Notes under the pieces: model-generated
The model's input: only the letters and a program-made list of their open reading frames with translations
Told to the model about the DNA's origin: nothing
The model's database searches: none
NCBI GenBank assembly: GCA_964634945.1
Contig: CAZWMG010000002.1
Location: 102,661-166,660, forward strand
DNA: 64,000 nt
Direction of reading: 5' to 3'
DNA from: an uncultured Planctomycetia bacterium
GTDB lineage: Bacteria; Omnitrophota; Gorgyraeia; JABMRG01
In this document: piece after piece, positions 1 through 12,500 of the stretch
Layout: each line of letters starts with the position of its first letter
Position numbering within the stretch: the first letter of the stretch is position 1
Program-made: the position numbers and the translations under genes

Positions 1-86
1 TGAAGCTGCTTTTAGACAAGGGTATTATTATCGCGAAAGGCCCTGCCGCGACAGGCAGATACTATATATTAAACAAGGAGCTTTAG
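1..86 (+). CDS. 3' end of an upstream gene; C-terminus resembles a winged-helix wing (Fic/RecG-associated type), partial
   Basis: Frame from nt 3 reads KLLLDKGIIIAKGPAATGRYYILNKEL-TAG (84-86). L..L..KG.I...G....YY.L is typical of a wHTH C-terminal wing. Only 27 codons are visible. Confidence 0.45.
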   Translation, partial: KLLLDKGIIIAKGPAATGRYYILNKEL

Positions 87-92
87 CGTCTT

Positions 93-168
93 CGTTGCGC
101 GTTATAGCGTAATCGCGTTTGGAAAGGGTTCAGACGCCATAACGCCATAACGCCATAACGCTATAACG
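93..168. repeat. Intergenic 8-mer tandem repeats arranged as an imperfect inverted pair
   Basis: ACGCCATA x3 + ACGCTATA + ACG at 134-168, and degenerate reverse-complement units (cgttgcgc/gttatagc/gtaatcgc) at 93-119. Confidence 0.8.
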
Positions 169-173
169 AAATT

Positions 174-3100
174 ATGGGATTACCAAACCTTTCAGTCAAG
201 AGGCCGATTACTATATCTATGCTCTTTTTGGGCATAATCATGATCGGTTTTATCGCCTTTAGTCGCCTGCCTATAGAACTTCTTCCTAATTTTAGTTTTG
301 GTGATATATCCATATTTATTAATATACGCGGTGGTATGCCGCCTGAGGAAGTGGAAGAGCAGGTAACCAAGCCGATTGAAGAGGCGGTGGGCACAGTCTC
401 TCATCTACGTAATCTCATATCTGTATCAGAGGAGGGCCGTTCACGAATAGTGTTGCGGTTTGAGCCGGGCATTAATATGAATTACGCGCTTTTAGAGGTC
501 AGAGAAAAATTCTCAAGGATACGGTCAAAGCTCCCCAAGCAGATAGAAAAACCGGTAATAGCGAAGTTTGAACAACAGGATAGGCCGATAGTTATACTTG
601 CCGTAACAGCGCTAGGTTACACGCCTGAGATGCTTCGAAGGATTGTCGACGAGAATATAAAAGATCGCATCCTCAGGGTAAATGGTGTAGCCAATGTTGA
701 TATTGGCGGAGGCAGGGAGCGCAAGATACTCGTTGAGGTTGACCAGAGGAAACTTCAGGCGTATAACCTGCCGATAGGAAGGGTCATAAATGCCCTTAAT
801 ACCAACAATATCGATCTTCTCCTTGGCTCATATGACAATAAGCGGAACAAACATCTTATTCGTGTCTCAGGCGGATTTAAAAGCATAGAAAATATTGAGA
901 ATGTCGGCATAGCTGCTACGCCAAGCAGGTCCATCATCAAGGTAAAGGATGTCGCGGATGTTAAGGATTCTTACCTTGAGGCCCAAAGTTACGCGCGTGT
1001 AAATGTCCTGCCCGTTGTCTCCTTATACATACAAAAAGAGAGCGAAGCGAATACAGTCGCGGTTGCGCAAGGCATAGAGAAGGTAAAAGAGGAGCTCACA
1101 TCAGGCATACTGGATAAACGTATCAGGGTCATAGAGACATATAATCAGGCAGATAGCATCAAACAGGCGATAGACGGCGTTAAGAAGACCCTATTATGGG
1201 GCGCGTTATTCGCTATACTGGTATTGTGGTTTTTCTTAAGAGATATGCGTTCCACATTTATTATCGCCGCGTCAATACCAATATCAGTAATAGCTACCTT
1301 CATGTGCATGTACTTTTTTAAGATAACCCTTAACATCATGACCCTAAGCGGCCTTGCTATCGGCGTAGGCATGCTCGTAGATAGCTCTGTAGTTGTGTTG
1401 GAAAATATACACAGGCTTAAGGAGAACGGCCTTAAGATAAAGAGAGCGGTTATTGAAGGCGCTCAGGAGATGATACTCGCTATAACAGCGGGAACCGTAA
1501 CGACTATAGTTGTATTTTTGCCTATTATATTTATAAGCAAGGATATAAGGATTCTCTATATGGGCCTTGCCCTAACAGTAGCATTCTCATTGATCGCTTC
1601 GCTGTTTGTGGCGCTTTCATTAGTACCGATGCTTTCGGTTTATCTACCGGCAATGGATTGGCGCAAGCTTTTTAGGCATAAAAAGCCTAAGGCAAGATCT
1701 GCTATAGAGGTATCAGCCGCAAAGAGAAGGCCTCTTATAGAAAAATTCAGAAAAAAATACAGATGCCTTCTAATACGTAGTTTACGCAGCCGCTATCTAC
1801 TGCTCATTATTACGATAGCGCTCTTCTGTGGTGCTATATATGTCCTGCAAGTTCATGTAGAAAAGGAGTTTGTCGGTACGGCCCAGCAACAGGATTTTAC
1901 TATTTTTATCGAGCTTCCGACAGGCGCTAAGCTTGATATCTCAGATCAGGCTGTTATAGGTATAGAGGAGGTCTTAGAGACTGTCCCTGAGATAAAGCAG
2001 TTTTCATCGCGCATAGAGAAGTGGTCATCAAAGATATATGTAAAATTAGTCCCTCTAGGCCAGAGAACACGTTCCACCAAAGAGGTCATAGAGGACCTGC
2101 GTACAAGGGTTGAGGATGTAGAGAGAAAGTTCCGGGAGGCGTTTATATACTTTGAAGAGGCGGAAGAATCAGAGACCAATGAGATTATTATTGATATATT
2201 TGGATATAATTATAATAACCTCAATGAGATTGCCATATCCATGCTTACAAGGATGCAGGCTATCCCAGGATTGCTTGATCTTAAGATAAGGTGGAGAAAG
2301 GGCAGGCCGGAATGGAAACTAAAGGTTAATCGCCGAAAGGCGTCTATGTACGGACTTACGGTCGATGATATCGCGAATGTAGTCCATGCTCAGATGAGGG
2401 GCCTAAGAGCCACACTGTATCATGCGGATGCCAAGGAGATAGAGGTTATTGGCAGGTTGCAGGAAAAGGACAGGCGTACCCTGGACCAGCTGAGAAAACT
2501 TACGCTTACAGCGCCGGATGGCACTAGCGTATTCCTTGAACAGGTAGTTGATCTTGAGCCAGGCATCGGCCCTAGTAAGATATGGCGCAAGAATAAGTCT
2601 CGTATGATACAGATAAGCGCTAATCGCGGAAGTCTTGCGTTTGGGACCGCGGCAGATAAGATACAGGATGTGCTAAAGGACCTCAAGCTGCCAAAAGACT
2701 ACTACTACAATTTGGGTGACAATTACTGGAGGATGGTACGTAACCAGAAGGAGTTTTTGTCATTATGGCCCCCTGGTATATTATGGATAGTTATAGTACT
2801 TATATATCTGGTATTAGCGTCTCTATTTGAGTCATATTCGCAGCCTTTTATCATTATGATAACAGTCCCCCTAGCTGTTATAGGTGTCGCGGCGGCATTA
2901 TGGATAACAAAGAAGACCATCAATATAAGCGTACTTATGGGGGGCATTATGTTAGGTGGTATTGTTGTAAACAATGCTATTATATTGATCGATTATACTA
3001 ATCGCCTGATTCAACAGGGTTTTCGCGGCAAAAGGGCAATAGTAACAGCCAGCATAAGGCGTTTGAGGCCGATTATGATGACAACATGTACTACTCTTTT

Positions 3101-3275
3101 AGGGCTTTTGCCCATGGCAGCGGACAAGAGTGAACAGGCGACTCTTTGGTCCCCATTAGCAATAACAGTTATGGGTGGCCTTATAAGCTCGACGGTACTT
3201 ACCCTATTTGTTGTCCCAAGCACCTATGTCATGTTCCAGGATATAAGAAGGCGATTCCTCCCCAATACCCCCTAA
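174..3275 (+). CDS. AcrB/AcrD/AcrF-family RND efflux permease (1033 aa)
   Basis: N-terminal SVKRP+TM1; GMPPEEVEEQVTKPIEEAV; TM4 GMLVDSSVVVLEN; LFESYSQPFIIM; GIVVNNAIILID; RLRPIMMTT. Length and 12-TM layout are typical. Confidence 0.96.
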   Translation: MGLPNLSVKRPITISMLFLGIIMIGFIAFSRLPIELLPNFSFGDISIFINIRGGMPPEEVEEQVTKPIEEAVGTVSHLRNLISVSEEGRSRIVLRFEPGINMNYALLEVREKFSRIRSKLPKQIEKPVIAKFEQQDRPIVILAVTALGYTPEMLRRIVDENIKDRILRVNGVANVDIGGGRERKILVEVDQRKLQAYNLPIGRVINALNTNNIDLLLGSYDNKRNKHLIRVSGGFKSIENIENVGIAATPSRSIIKVKDVADVKDSYLEAQSYARVNVLPVVSLYIQKESEANTVAVAQGIEKVKEELTSGILDKRIRVIETYNQADSIKQAIDGVKKTLLWGALFAILVLWFFLRDMRSTFIIAASIPISVIATFMCMYFFKITLNIMTLSGLAIGVGMLVDSSVVVLENIHRLKENGLKIKRAVIEGAQEMILAITAGTVTTIVVFLPIIFISKDIRILYMGLALTVAFSLIASLFVALSLVPMLSVYLPAMDWRKLFRHKKPKARSAIEVSAAKRRPLIEKFRKKYRCLLIRSLRSRYLLLIITIALFCGAIYVLQVHVEKEFVGTAQQQDFTIFIELPTGAKLDISDQAVIGIEEVLETVPEIKQFSSRIEKWSSKIYVKLVPLGQRTRSTKEVIEDLRTRVEDVERKFREAFIYFEEAEESETNEIIIDIFGYNYNNLNEIAISMLTRMQAIPGLLDLKIRWRKGRPEWKLKVNRRKASMYGLTVDDIANVVHAQMRGLRATLYHADAKEIEVIGRLQEKDRRTLDQLRKLTLTAPDGTSVFLEQVVDLEPGIGPSKIWRKNKSRMIQISANRGSLAFGTAADKIQDVLKDLKLPKDYYYNLGDNYWRMVRNQKEFLSLWPPGILWIVIVLIYLVLASLFESYSQPFIIMITVPLAVIGVAAALWITKKTINISVLMGGIMLGGIVVNNAIILIDYTNRLIQQGFRGKRAIVTASIRRLRPIMMTTCTTLLGLLPMAADKSEQATLWSPLAITVMGGLISSTVLTLFVVPSTYVMFQDIRRRFLPNTP

Positions 3276-3315
3276 CTTTACATTTTGAGTATTGCACTTT
3301 TTTGTAAAGTTAGGG
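3270..3315. repeat. 13-bp perfect inverted repeat containing a 33-bp element that recurs at 52438 and 52509
   Basis: CCCTAACTTTACA (3270-3282) / TGTAAAGTTAGGG (3303-3315). Core 3277-3309 TTTACATTTTGAGTATTGCACTTTTTTGTAAAG matches 52438-52470 and 52509-52541 at 32/33. Confidence 0.9.
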
Positions 3316-3360
3316 ATTTTGCGATATTTCCCTAAAAAGCATATTTTTTTACATTTTCAC

Positions 3361-3389
3361 TTGACTACATTAGGATAAAATGGTATACT
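3361..3389 (+). promoter_or_regulatory. sigma70-type promoter upstream of the giant gene
   Basis: TTGACT-17 nt-TATACT with extended -10 TG; purine-rich RBS AAGGGGG a few nt before ATG 3520. Confidence 0.7.
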
Positions 3390-3519
3390 TCTGCTGTACC
3401 TTAAAAAAGATTTTAAAAAATGTGTAATAAAGTATGAAAAACTTAAATAAAACTTCAACATTTTTAGTCTTTTAATGTGTTATATATAATAGAGATTAGA
3501 TTCACAAGGGGGCAATAGG

Positions 3520-6500
3520 ATGTTTTATACCAATAACAGAGGAAGAATAATATTTAAGTGTATTAGTATTATTATAATCCTCTGTTTTTTTATTCAGGAT
3601 ATCGCGTCAGCGACTAATGGCCTGCCATTATGGTCAGTAATTAATGGAAACCGTGTGCTTGATGCCCGCGCAAAAGATTTCACCAACCTCGCCAAGATAG
3701 AGATCCCAAAAGATTACGGCATAATCAAAGAGATCCATAATACCGGAAGCGATAAGATAATAATCAATATCCAGGACGCGCACGCTAATCTAGGTGCCCA
3801 GGAATCGATTAACAAGCTTATAGAAAGCCTTGATAATGATTACCAGCTCAAGCTTGTGGCATTAGAAGGTGCTAAGGGGAATGTAGATACCTCATTGTTT
3901 CAGTCTCATCCTGATAATAATGCCAGAAAAAAGATAGCAAAATACTTTTTAGACAGAGGCAAGATAAACGCTGCTGAATATTACAAGATAAGCTCAGATT
4001 CAGATATAAAACTTTACGGCGCGGAGAATGGCTCGCTATACAGAGAAAACGTTAAATCTTACATAGACTCGCTAACTAATAAGGGCAGCATACACAAGGC
4101 TATTATTACCTTAAAGAGAGTAGTCTCACAGCTTAAATCTAAGGTATATTCTAAGCAGCTCCTAGAGCTTGATAGAAAGAGGCTAGAATACAGGACAGAC
4201 GCAATATCATTTAAGGAGTATTGGAAATATTTAGGCGCGCAATCAAGCAGGTTGAGGATAGACATATCAGACTTTGAGAATATTCGCGCTCTTCTTGATG
4301 CCTCAGAGCTTGAGGATAGAATAGATTTTAGCGGTGCGGAAAAAGAACGCCAGGCATTGATAGAGGTGCTTACAAACAGCCTTACCGGCGATAATATAGA
4401 GCAACTCTTATCGGAAAGCATGTCTTTTAGGTTGGGTAGAATACAGCCGTCAGTATATCATAACCATTTAAGGGATTACGCCCTGTCATGCGGGATAGAT
4501 ATATCATTGTATCCTAATCTTTCTGGTTATACAGATTATGTCAATATCCACGATAAGGTCGCATTGGACTCACTCTTTATTGAGCTCGATGAGCTTATAG
4601 ATAGCGTGCAATCACAATTAGTCCGTAATGATGATCAGCGCCTGCTTGCCTCGATATCAAAGAGAGCGGATATTTTGATAGAACTTTTAGATGCCAAGAT
4701 TGTAAATAGAGATCTGCAGTATTACAAATCGCATAAACAGGATTTTATACCTCAGAACATAACGCACGAATTATCCCCTTTAATGGCAAGGTATGGCATA
4801 GAGGTTAATCTCGTACCTGAGATGAGGGTAATTTTAGAGGCGCTTCCCTCTGTAGAGAAATTCTATGATTTAGCGACAAAGAGAAACAAGGCGCTTGTTG
4901 ATAATACACTAAGCAAGATGCAAAAGGATAATCGTTCTCTGGCAGTGCTTGTAACAGGTGGTTTCCATACAGAGGGTATCGCTAATATATTGAGAGACAG
5001 AAATATATCATATATGGTGGTATTGCCAAAATTTTCGAAAGATGCGCTTGACAGGCCTTATGATGATATTGTCTTGAATAAGCGCTTGCCATTTGAAGAG
5101 GTGCTCTCAAAAGGTGAATACTATCTCCAGGCACCAAGTATATTCTCAATGTTTGAACCTGTGGCAGAACAGAGAATAGGTCTTTTAACCTTTATACTAC
5201 TTCTTTCGTTAGGTGACATGCAGGCAATAGATAGCGATGCCTTTGTGCAGTTGGGTAAGGATATATTTAAGGTAATTAAAAAAGGCCAGGGCATAACAGT
5301 AGAATCGATATCATCAGAAACTGACCCACTTACAGTTGAAGACAATACCGAAGAGACCGCTCGAAATTTAGTTAAGGTGCTTGAAACATGGAATAAAAAG
5401 CGCAGAAAAGAAGAGTCATCTGGTGAGGTGTTAAATAATACGTTGACACCGAATGATCTCGAGATATTAATCAGGAACATGCTTAAGGATACAGAACTTG
5501 GCAGGTCCGAGTTTGAAGAGACCGAATTAACAGCAGCGGTAAAAGATTATAAGAAGATAGTTTTGGAAGAGTCTGCTATCAAAAGCGCGGATTCCGCTGC
5601 TCAGGAGATACTTGAAAGGCAGTTTCAGAGGGCATTTGAGAATCTGCAAAGCTTAAAAGGTAAACCAGGCTATGATTTAGCAAAGCGTAAATTAGAACAG
5701 GTGCCGGCATATAAACACAGACTCGCTACGGCATTAGAGAATGTAAAGACTGAAGAAGACGTTGCTAATAAGGCCCATCTTGATACCTTGACAAAAACAT
5801 CTTCAAGCGGTTTAGGTAAACCTGTTAAGCATTTATACGGTAGACATGAGCCGGAATGGGAATCGATAGTATCGGGTTTAACATCATATATTATTGCGGT
5901 GAATCTTGTGAGCTTTTCGTTTGACCGAATGAATAAGGCCTACGTTACTTTAGGTGATGATATATTCTTTGTTTCTGTAAACGAAGACACCGAAAGCCTC
6001 GGTGATAAATTTTCAATCAGAACCAGCACAAAAGAGGAGATGGATGCGGATAGCGTAGAAATATTGCGCCCCTTAGCGAATGACTGGGTCAAGGGTTGGT
6101 CTGATATATTATATGATAGAAACAGACGCAGTGTCCAATTTGCGCTTAATGATATAGATACCATGATGCGTCATATTATGAGTTATAAGGGAAGTAACGC
6201 CATGATTATGAATGTTTTGGATGATCCTCGCGTAGAAAAAGAGGTACATAAATATATTGAAGTATTGTCGCCCAAAGTTGAAAGCGCGCTGAATAAGCAA
6301 TTAGAGAATAGGTTAAGCAATATTGAGCTTGATAATAGTTTGCCTGCGCATCAACAGGGTATAGATGAATTATATTATCTATATGGCAATAAGGCACAAG
6401 AGGTTCTTAAGGCCCTATCAACTCCGGATATTGCCAAAGCAAAAACATCCTCTTCTAGTGATATTACATCAATGCGTATATCAAAAGATCAGGAGGAGAT

Positions 6501-9500
6501 ATTAAGAAGCCTTAAAAGTGATGAAGATAAGCGAGCATACATAATGGGTGAAGCAAGAAAAGCATTAGAAGAGTTGGAGGATGGTGAACATGGTGCAATA
6601 GATAAGATTATCAAGGAATTTTTAGCCATAACTACTAGGCTCGACATAAGAGAAGAGGAAGTAAGGGGATGGATATCTGAGATATTGGGAGTGGATTATG
6701 TTTCAAAAGATCCTAGCTCAAAATCAGCTTCAAGTGGGCAGATACTGCCAGCCATCTCAAGTGGTTACCAAGAGACGATTGACTATTTGATGACTTCTGA
6801 TGGTGAAATGTACATTCAGAATCATTTGATAAATTATAAAGAACTTATCAGTAAGATAGTAGCGTTAAGGCTGTTTATGGGGTCTGAGATAACAGATGGC
6901 TTTAAAACAGCCCACTTAAATAGTATTTTCTTATCAATCAATGAATTATATGATAAGTTGAAAGAGCTAGCGCCGGCTTCTAAAGACAAGCAAATCTTGG
7001 AGGAATATAAATATAGAATAGACCAGTATTACACCAATATGATACAGGAAATAAATCGCACCATTGCTTTACACGCGCTTGCTCTGAAGAGCAAGACAGA
7101 AGCTATAACAGATAAAGCAAAATTTAAAAGATACATGCAAGTCTTAACAGACACAGTAAGTGTTTTTAGGAATACAGAATCTGGCATAGCTAATATAAGC
7201 GAGGAAATAGATAACTTAATGAATGAAGCTCAGGAAATAAAATTAAGAGAGCTTGCTATAAAGGATTTTTATGAGCTCGGGCATTCTGCCGAAATATTCA
7301 GTGAGGTTAAGGATGTAGCGGGGATAAGAAAGGAACAGATCTCAGAAATATTAACGGAGGCAAAAAAACAATCGTCTAAGTTATCTAGCCTTAAAAAATT
7401 AACAGAATTAGCATTACCAGGTAATGAAAAGCTAGTGCAGGAGATTGAAATTCAGAAAGAAGCTCTTGACCAGTTACTTAGTACGGCAAGAGGAATGGAT
7501 AAATCTATCTTATACGGGGAAATAGTAAACACGTCAGAAGAAGATTGGCAAAATACGTGCAAGGGATTCTGGAAATTCCTCAATCGAGGCAAGAGAACCG
7601 TAATAAGGCGTATGAGCGATAAAATCAGAAATCTGATGAAGCATAGAATACAAGAGGGATTAAAATTAGATGAATCGAAACTAGCATTATATAGAAGCAA
7701 GATAAGCGATATTTTCTCAGAAGAGAATAGGTCAATAAAATTTCAAGAATCGCGATTTGTTATCTTGAATAGCGTTACATCAATCTCTAGAAAATTATCT
7801 AATTTAAAGGGAAATATTACAAGAACAAATAATCGTTTAAAGGCAGCATCCGCAGAGAATATTGCAACATATAGTGAAAAACATAGCCAGGCAGTGAGAA
7901 AGTACAAAGCTTACTTAATAGAATTAGCTAGCGTTAATCCTGATTACTATTATCTTGTGAAGTCGCGCTTTACAAAGGATCATCTTAAGTTTACCCAAGG
8001 GCTTGATTTTACAGCTGGTAGAAGTCTTCTGGAAGAATGTGATACTATTGCGAAACGAAGCTTTAGGAATAATCCTCGCGCGTTAAATAATGAATTATTC
8101 CCATTTGAATTAATAGCAAGGTTGCTTGCTTTAGGATATTCATATAAAGAAGCGAGTCAGTTGACATGGTGTATTATTAGGCCTGAGCAAGAACCGTCTT
8201 TGGTATTGACTGCAGATGCTATACTGGGCTTAGAAGAATTAGGTGTAAAATATAGTGCAAATAGCTCGGTTTTGCCGATAAACAAGAATGCCTTACGTAT
8301 AATAAAAAGTATGGATCGTTATAATCGCAACATAGCAAAAAGCGAAGCAATATTTGCTAAAATTGAACAGAATGCTGTAATGGCATCAAAAAGCTCTTCA
8401 AGCGGAGAAAATAATGCGCAAGATATTATAAGATCTTCAACATGGCTCAATCAGTATTTATCATATGAGAACTCGGAACATGTAGATACGATTAAGAGGC
8501 TTATGGAGAAACATAGTAACTTTTTGGATAAGCTGAGAATTCTGGAAAAATTAGATAAAGAAGGCATAAATATTCCGTTTGCAATGGGCTTATTCCGCCG
8601 CAAACCATCTGTCTTAGAAGAGAGAATACGCAAATTACATGGTATCTTTCAAGATAGGCCTATAACTAACAATATGCTGACTGACTATTCAAAAAATCTT
8701 GAAGATCAAGAAGGGGAAGGGACAATGGAGTCTGTCTTGAGTCAAGTAGGCGCGAGAGATGGGGCAGAGCCATCTGTTGATAAGCAAGCAGAAATCGAAG
8801 GTGAATATGTATCAGGACCAATAGACGATGCCTTGGAAGAGATAGCGGGCATTTTACAAGTAACATCATTCCAACCAAAATCATTAGAAGATGCGATAGC
8901 TGATATAGAGAAAGAGCTAGAAAGACCTTCCGAAGCTCCATCCGGAGAGATGGCAAGGATTTTGGATGCAACACCGCTATCGCAGCCAGAATTATTAGTG
9001 GGGGAGCCCAAGCCAACTATAATAGGTACTGAAGAAAAAGCAGATGCTATTTACATGGGTAAGGTTTTAAAAACTGCTAAGGATTTATCATTTGCCGAAC
9101 AAACATTACAGGGCAGATTGGACGCATTAGATGAGCGCGCCAGATCGCTTAAACAAAAAGATAAACATGACCTTAGGTATATGGTCAGCGCTCTTAAAGG
9201 TGATTTAGGTTCTAAGATTACAGTAAAACTCTTCTCTATTAGCTCACGATTAGAAAGCAAGGCCCCAGGATCTATTTCTATCAGCGAACTGAATAGGTTT
9301 GAAAAAACTCTTGAAGATGTCAAGACTGAGATGGCCGGCTTATCAGAAAATATAGATCACTTAGAACAAACATCAGGCGTTGCAACTAGATCTGAAATAT
9401 CAAAAGAAGAGCAAGGGAAAACACTGCCTAGGAAAGGTAAGGCAGCATCTTCCGAACAGATACAGAATATACAAAAGACCGTGCAGGGCCTATTATCTGA

Positions 9501-12500
9501 TTCGCACGTACTACAAAGTAGATCAGATAACCTTTATGCTCAGGTTGAGAAAGCCAAAAAGCGTAAACTTTCTAGAGAGACCTTGCCTGTCATAGATACC
9601 ATTAATAGCGAAATAGGTTTATTGATATTCAACACATTAACCCCTATTAGCAATATATTGAATGAGAGAGCAAGGCAATTTTATAATACTGAATTAGTTG
9701 ATCTTAACAGACGCCTTAAACAAGCCAGAGTAGAGGCAGACAGAATAAAAACTAATATAGATGGACTGGAAAAGAGAATAAACGCTTCTCTGAAAATTAC
9801 AACAAAAGAAGAGGTTCCAAAAGAGGCCCCAAAAGCAGATGCAAAGATAGGAGCTGAAGCCAGATCCAAAGCAGAAGTAGATTTGCTGAGTGAACATATT
9901 TTAAAGATAGTAACAGGTAAAACAGAAGGCCTGATATTCGCTTGGATTATTGATAGATATGAAAAAGCAGATACAGAGCAGAAAAAAGATGCTATTAAGC
10001 AGGAGCTGGGCAAGGCATATTTCGGGGTTACAGATTTTAGCATTGTAGACAAGAAGCTACGTGCGATAAACTCCCTTTATAAATATTATAAGAGTAAGGG
10101 GCTTGATATAGATATACCTTTGCTTGCAGAGCTTTTTAATCATAAAGATAAAACCCCTGACCAAGTAATAGATTTATTGGTAAGGGCGTTTAATGGAATT
10201 AGGCCGAATGAAGCGCTTAAAATAAATAATAACGCTTTTAACATAACTCGTGACTTATTAGAAAATTATCCCTCTCTAGAAGATTATCTTACTGATATAA
10301 CCATGCTCTTTAGGCCTGCAAAAGATGGCAGTATAAAGGTCGAGACTACTCTTATAAGATTAAAACTAAAAGCAGATAGCAAGGGAGCAGACGCAGCCAG
10401 CATAGCCGTAGGCAAAATATACAACTTAGTATCAGAGAACCTGCCTGAGAAGATTAAGGCCCAAGTACAAGAGGCAGAAGGCGCGGTTTCTTATTTAATG
10501 AAGCCATCAAAAATCCAGCAAGCATTGCTTGAAAAAGCAGGCTACACAGAGTATAGGCCAGGCCAGGCAGAGGCTATGAATATGCTTGTAGATGCAATAT
10601 CCGTTGAATTAAGAGCAGGTGGCGGTAAGACTATTGTATTAGGTGGTTCCGCGCTTTTAAGGCTTGAAGAAGGCAAGATACAGGGTGAAAAGGTATTTAT
10701 ATTGCTTCATGAAGATCAATTAGTACAGCAGGCCTTAGAAGGTGAGGATGGAATTAGGATGGGTGAAATCTTAAGTAAATGTGGCAGGGTGACAGGCTTT
10801 GTGCTGCCTGATGACAATACCCCTAATAAACTGCATTATGTTATGTATAAAGACGGCAAGGAGTTTCGTAATCCTGACAATACAGAGATATCAGCTGAGT
10901 ATTTTTATGCGGAATGTGAGATTGTGTATGCTGCCACAGAGAGGGTTATACACAGATATCAAGCGGAAATGCTTGGGAGTGAAAAAACAGCTTTTATTAA
11001 CAGCCTAAAAAGCAAAGAGGGTAAAGGCGTATTTGCACTATTAGATGAAGGCGATATACAGCTATTGTCTGATAACCCATGTGTAATATCCGGTATGCCG
11101 CTTGAAGACTACGCTGAAAGAATACAGGCAAGAAGATATATACAGTCGATGCTAAATGATGAAGTATTGCCTAAAAACTTTAATTCAGAAAAAGAGAAAC
11201 TCACAGAAGGCACAGATTTTTTAGATTATGTAAGAAAAATCAAGTATTTAGATATAGCGGAAGGTTCCGAAGAAGCCTCGCTTACTTCTAAGGGAAAATC
11301 AAAAATAAACAGGATGAAAAAGGCTATAATTAAACTCGCTAAAAAAGACGGTACTTATAATGAAACATTAAAGCATATCATAGAAGTATATTATGGCGAG
11401 TTTGTGTTGGAGGCTCTAAAGGCAAATATATTCTACAAAGAAGGCGATAACTTTACAGCTATAAAGGATGAAGATGGCAGAATTACCAATGTGCATGTTG
11501 TAACAAAAGATCTTACCAAGACAAAAAAGGGCATGTCTTTTGGAGAAGGCATGCAGCAGGCGATAGAAATAATGGCAGAGGTAAGGGGAATACATGTTCC
11601 CGGAGGGCCTGAAACAGGGGTAACTGCCGAAACTATGACATCGATGGCAGATACGACACAAGGGTTTTTAGAAAACAAAGATATTGTGAATGATTTCGCG
11701 GCTGCCAGCGGAACCATGCAGATAGATAGATTTAAAAGTAAGTATGAGGGCAAGAAAGTTGAAACAGTTAAAGGCCTCCCTGAAAAGCTCGATGAAAGCG
11801 CGGGATATACTGTTTTTGAGCAAGAAAATCAAAAGTTTGGAGAACTTATAGGAAGGTTGGGAAAGAGGCTAGGAAATAATCAGCCTGAGGTATTTTTTGC
11901 TGAGTCTGACGCGAAGGCAGAACGGCTCAAAAAACTAATAAAAGAAAAACTTAAGAATGGGCTTGAGGAAAACGGAATCATTATCCATATAGGTGATGGT
12001 AAGAATCCTGAGGGGTTGAGAAATGCTATTAAATATGCCGGTTACACGAATGTAATTACAATATTTACAAATATAGCTCAACGCGGTATTGATATTGAGA
12101 TAAAAGGAGAGAGCCTGCTTTTTGATGAGAAGACAGGCCGGTATAGAGATGGTGATATTATCTATGAGAATAGGCTTGCCGCTCCGGGGCTTTTTGTTAC
12201 TACTACAACGTCACAAGCCTGCGCGATAATTGAGCAGATGAGAAAACGCGCGGACCGTGGAAAAAATAGAGGTACATGGGAAGGGCTTGTATCATTAGAT
12301 GAGGGAGATTTGCGTTACAGAGAATCTCTTGACCAGCAAAGAGCAGGCCTGCGCAAAATAATAAAAGAATACGCAAAAGAACAAAATATGCTGATAGAGG
12401 TACAGGTAAAACGCATAATACTTGCCATGAGGGATGAGATAAAAGATATTAGTCAACAGCCGCAGGAGCTTGAAGGCAAATTTACAAGGCAAAGAGATAT

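Noticed and set aside
10540-12310. Calling this the housekeeping secA gene
   Set aside because: It is an internal, strongly diverged domain of a 14,300-aa protein, so no gene symbol was assigned.
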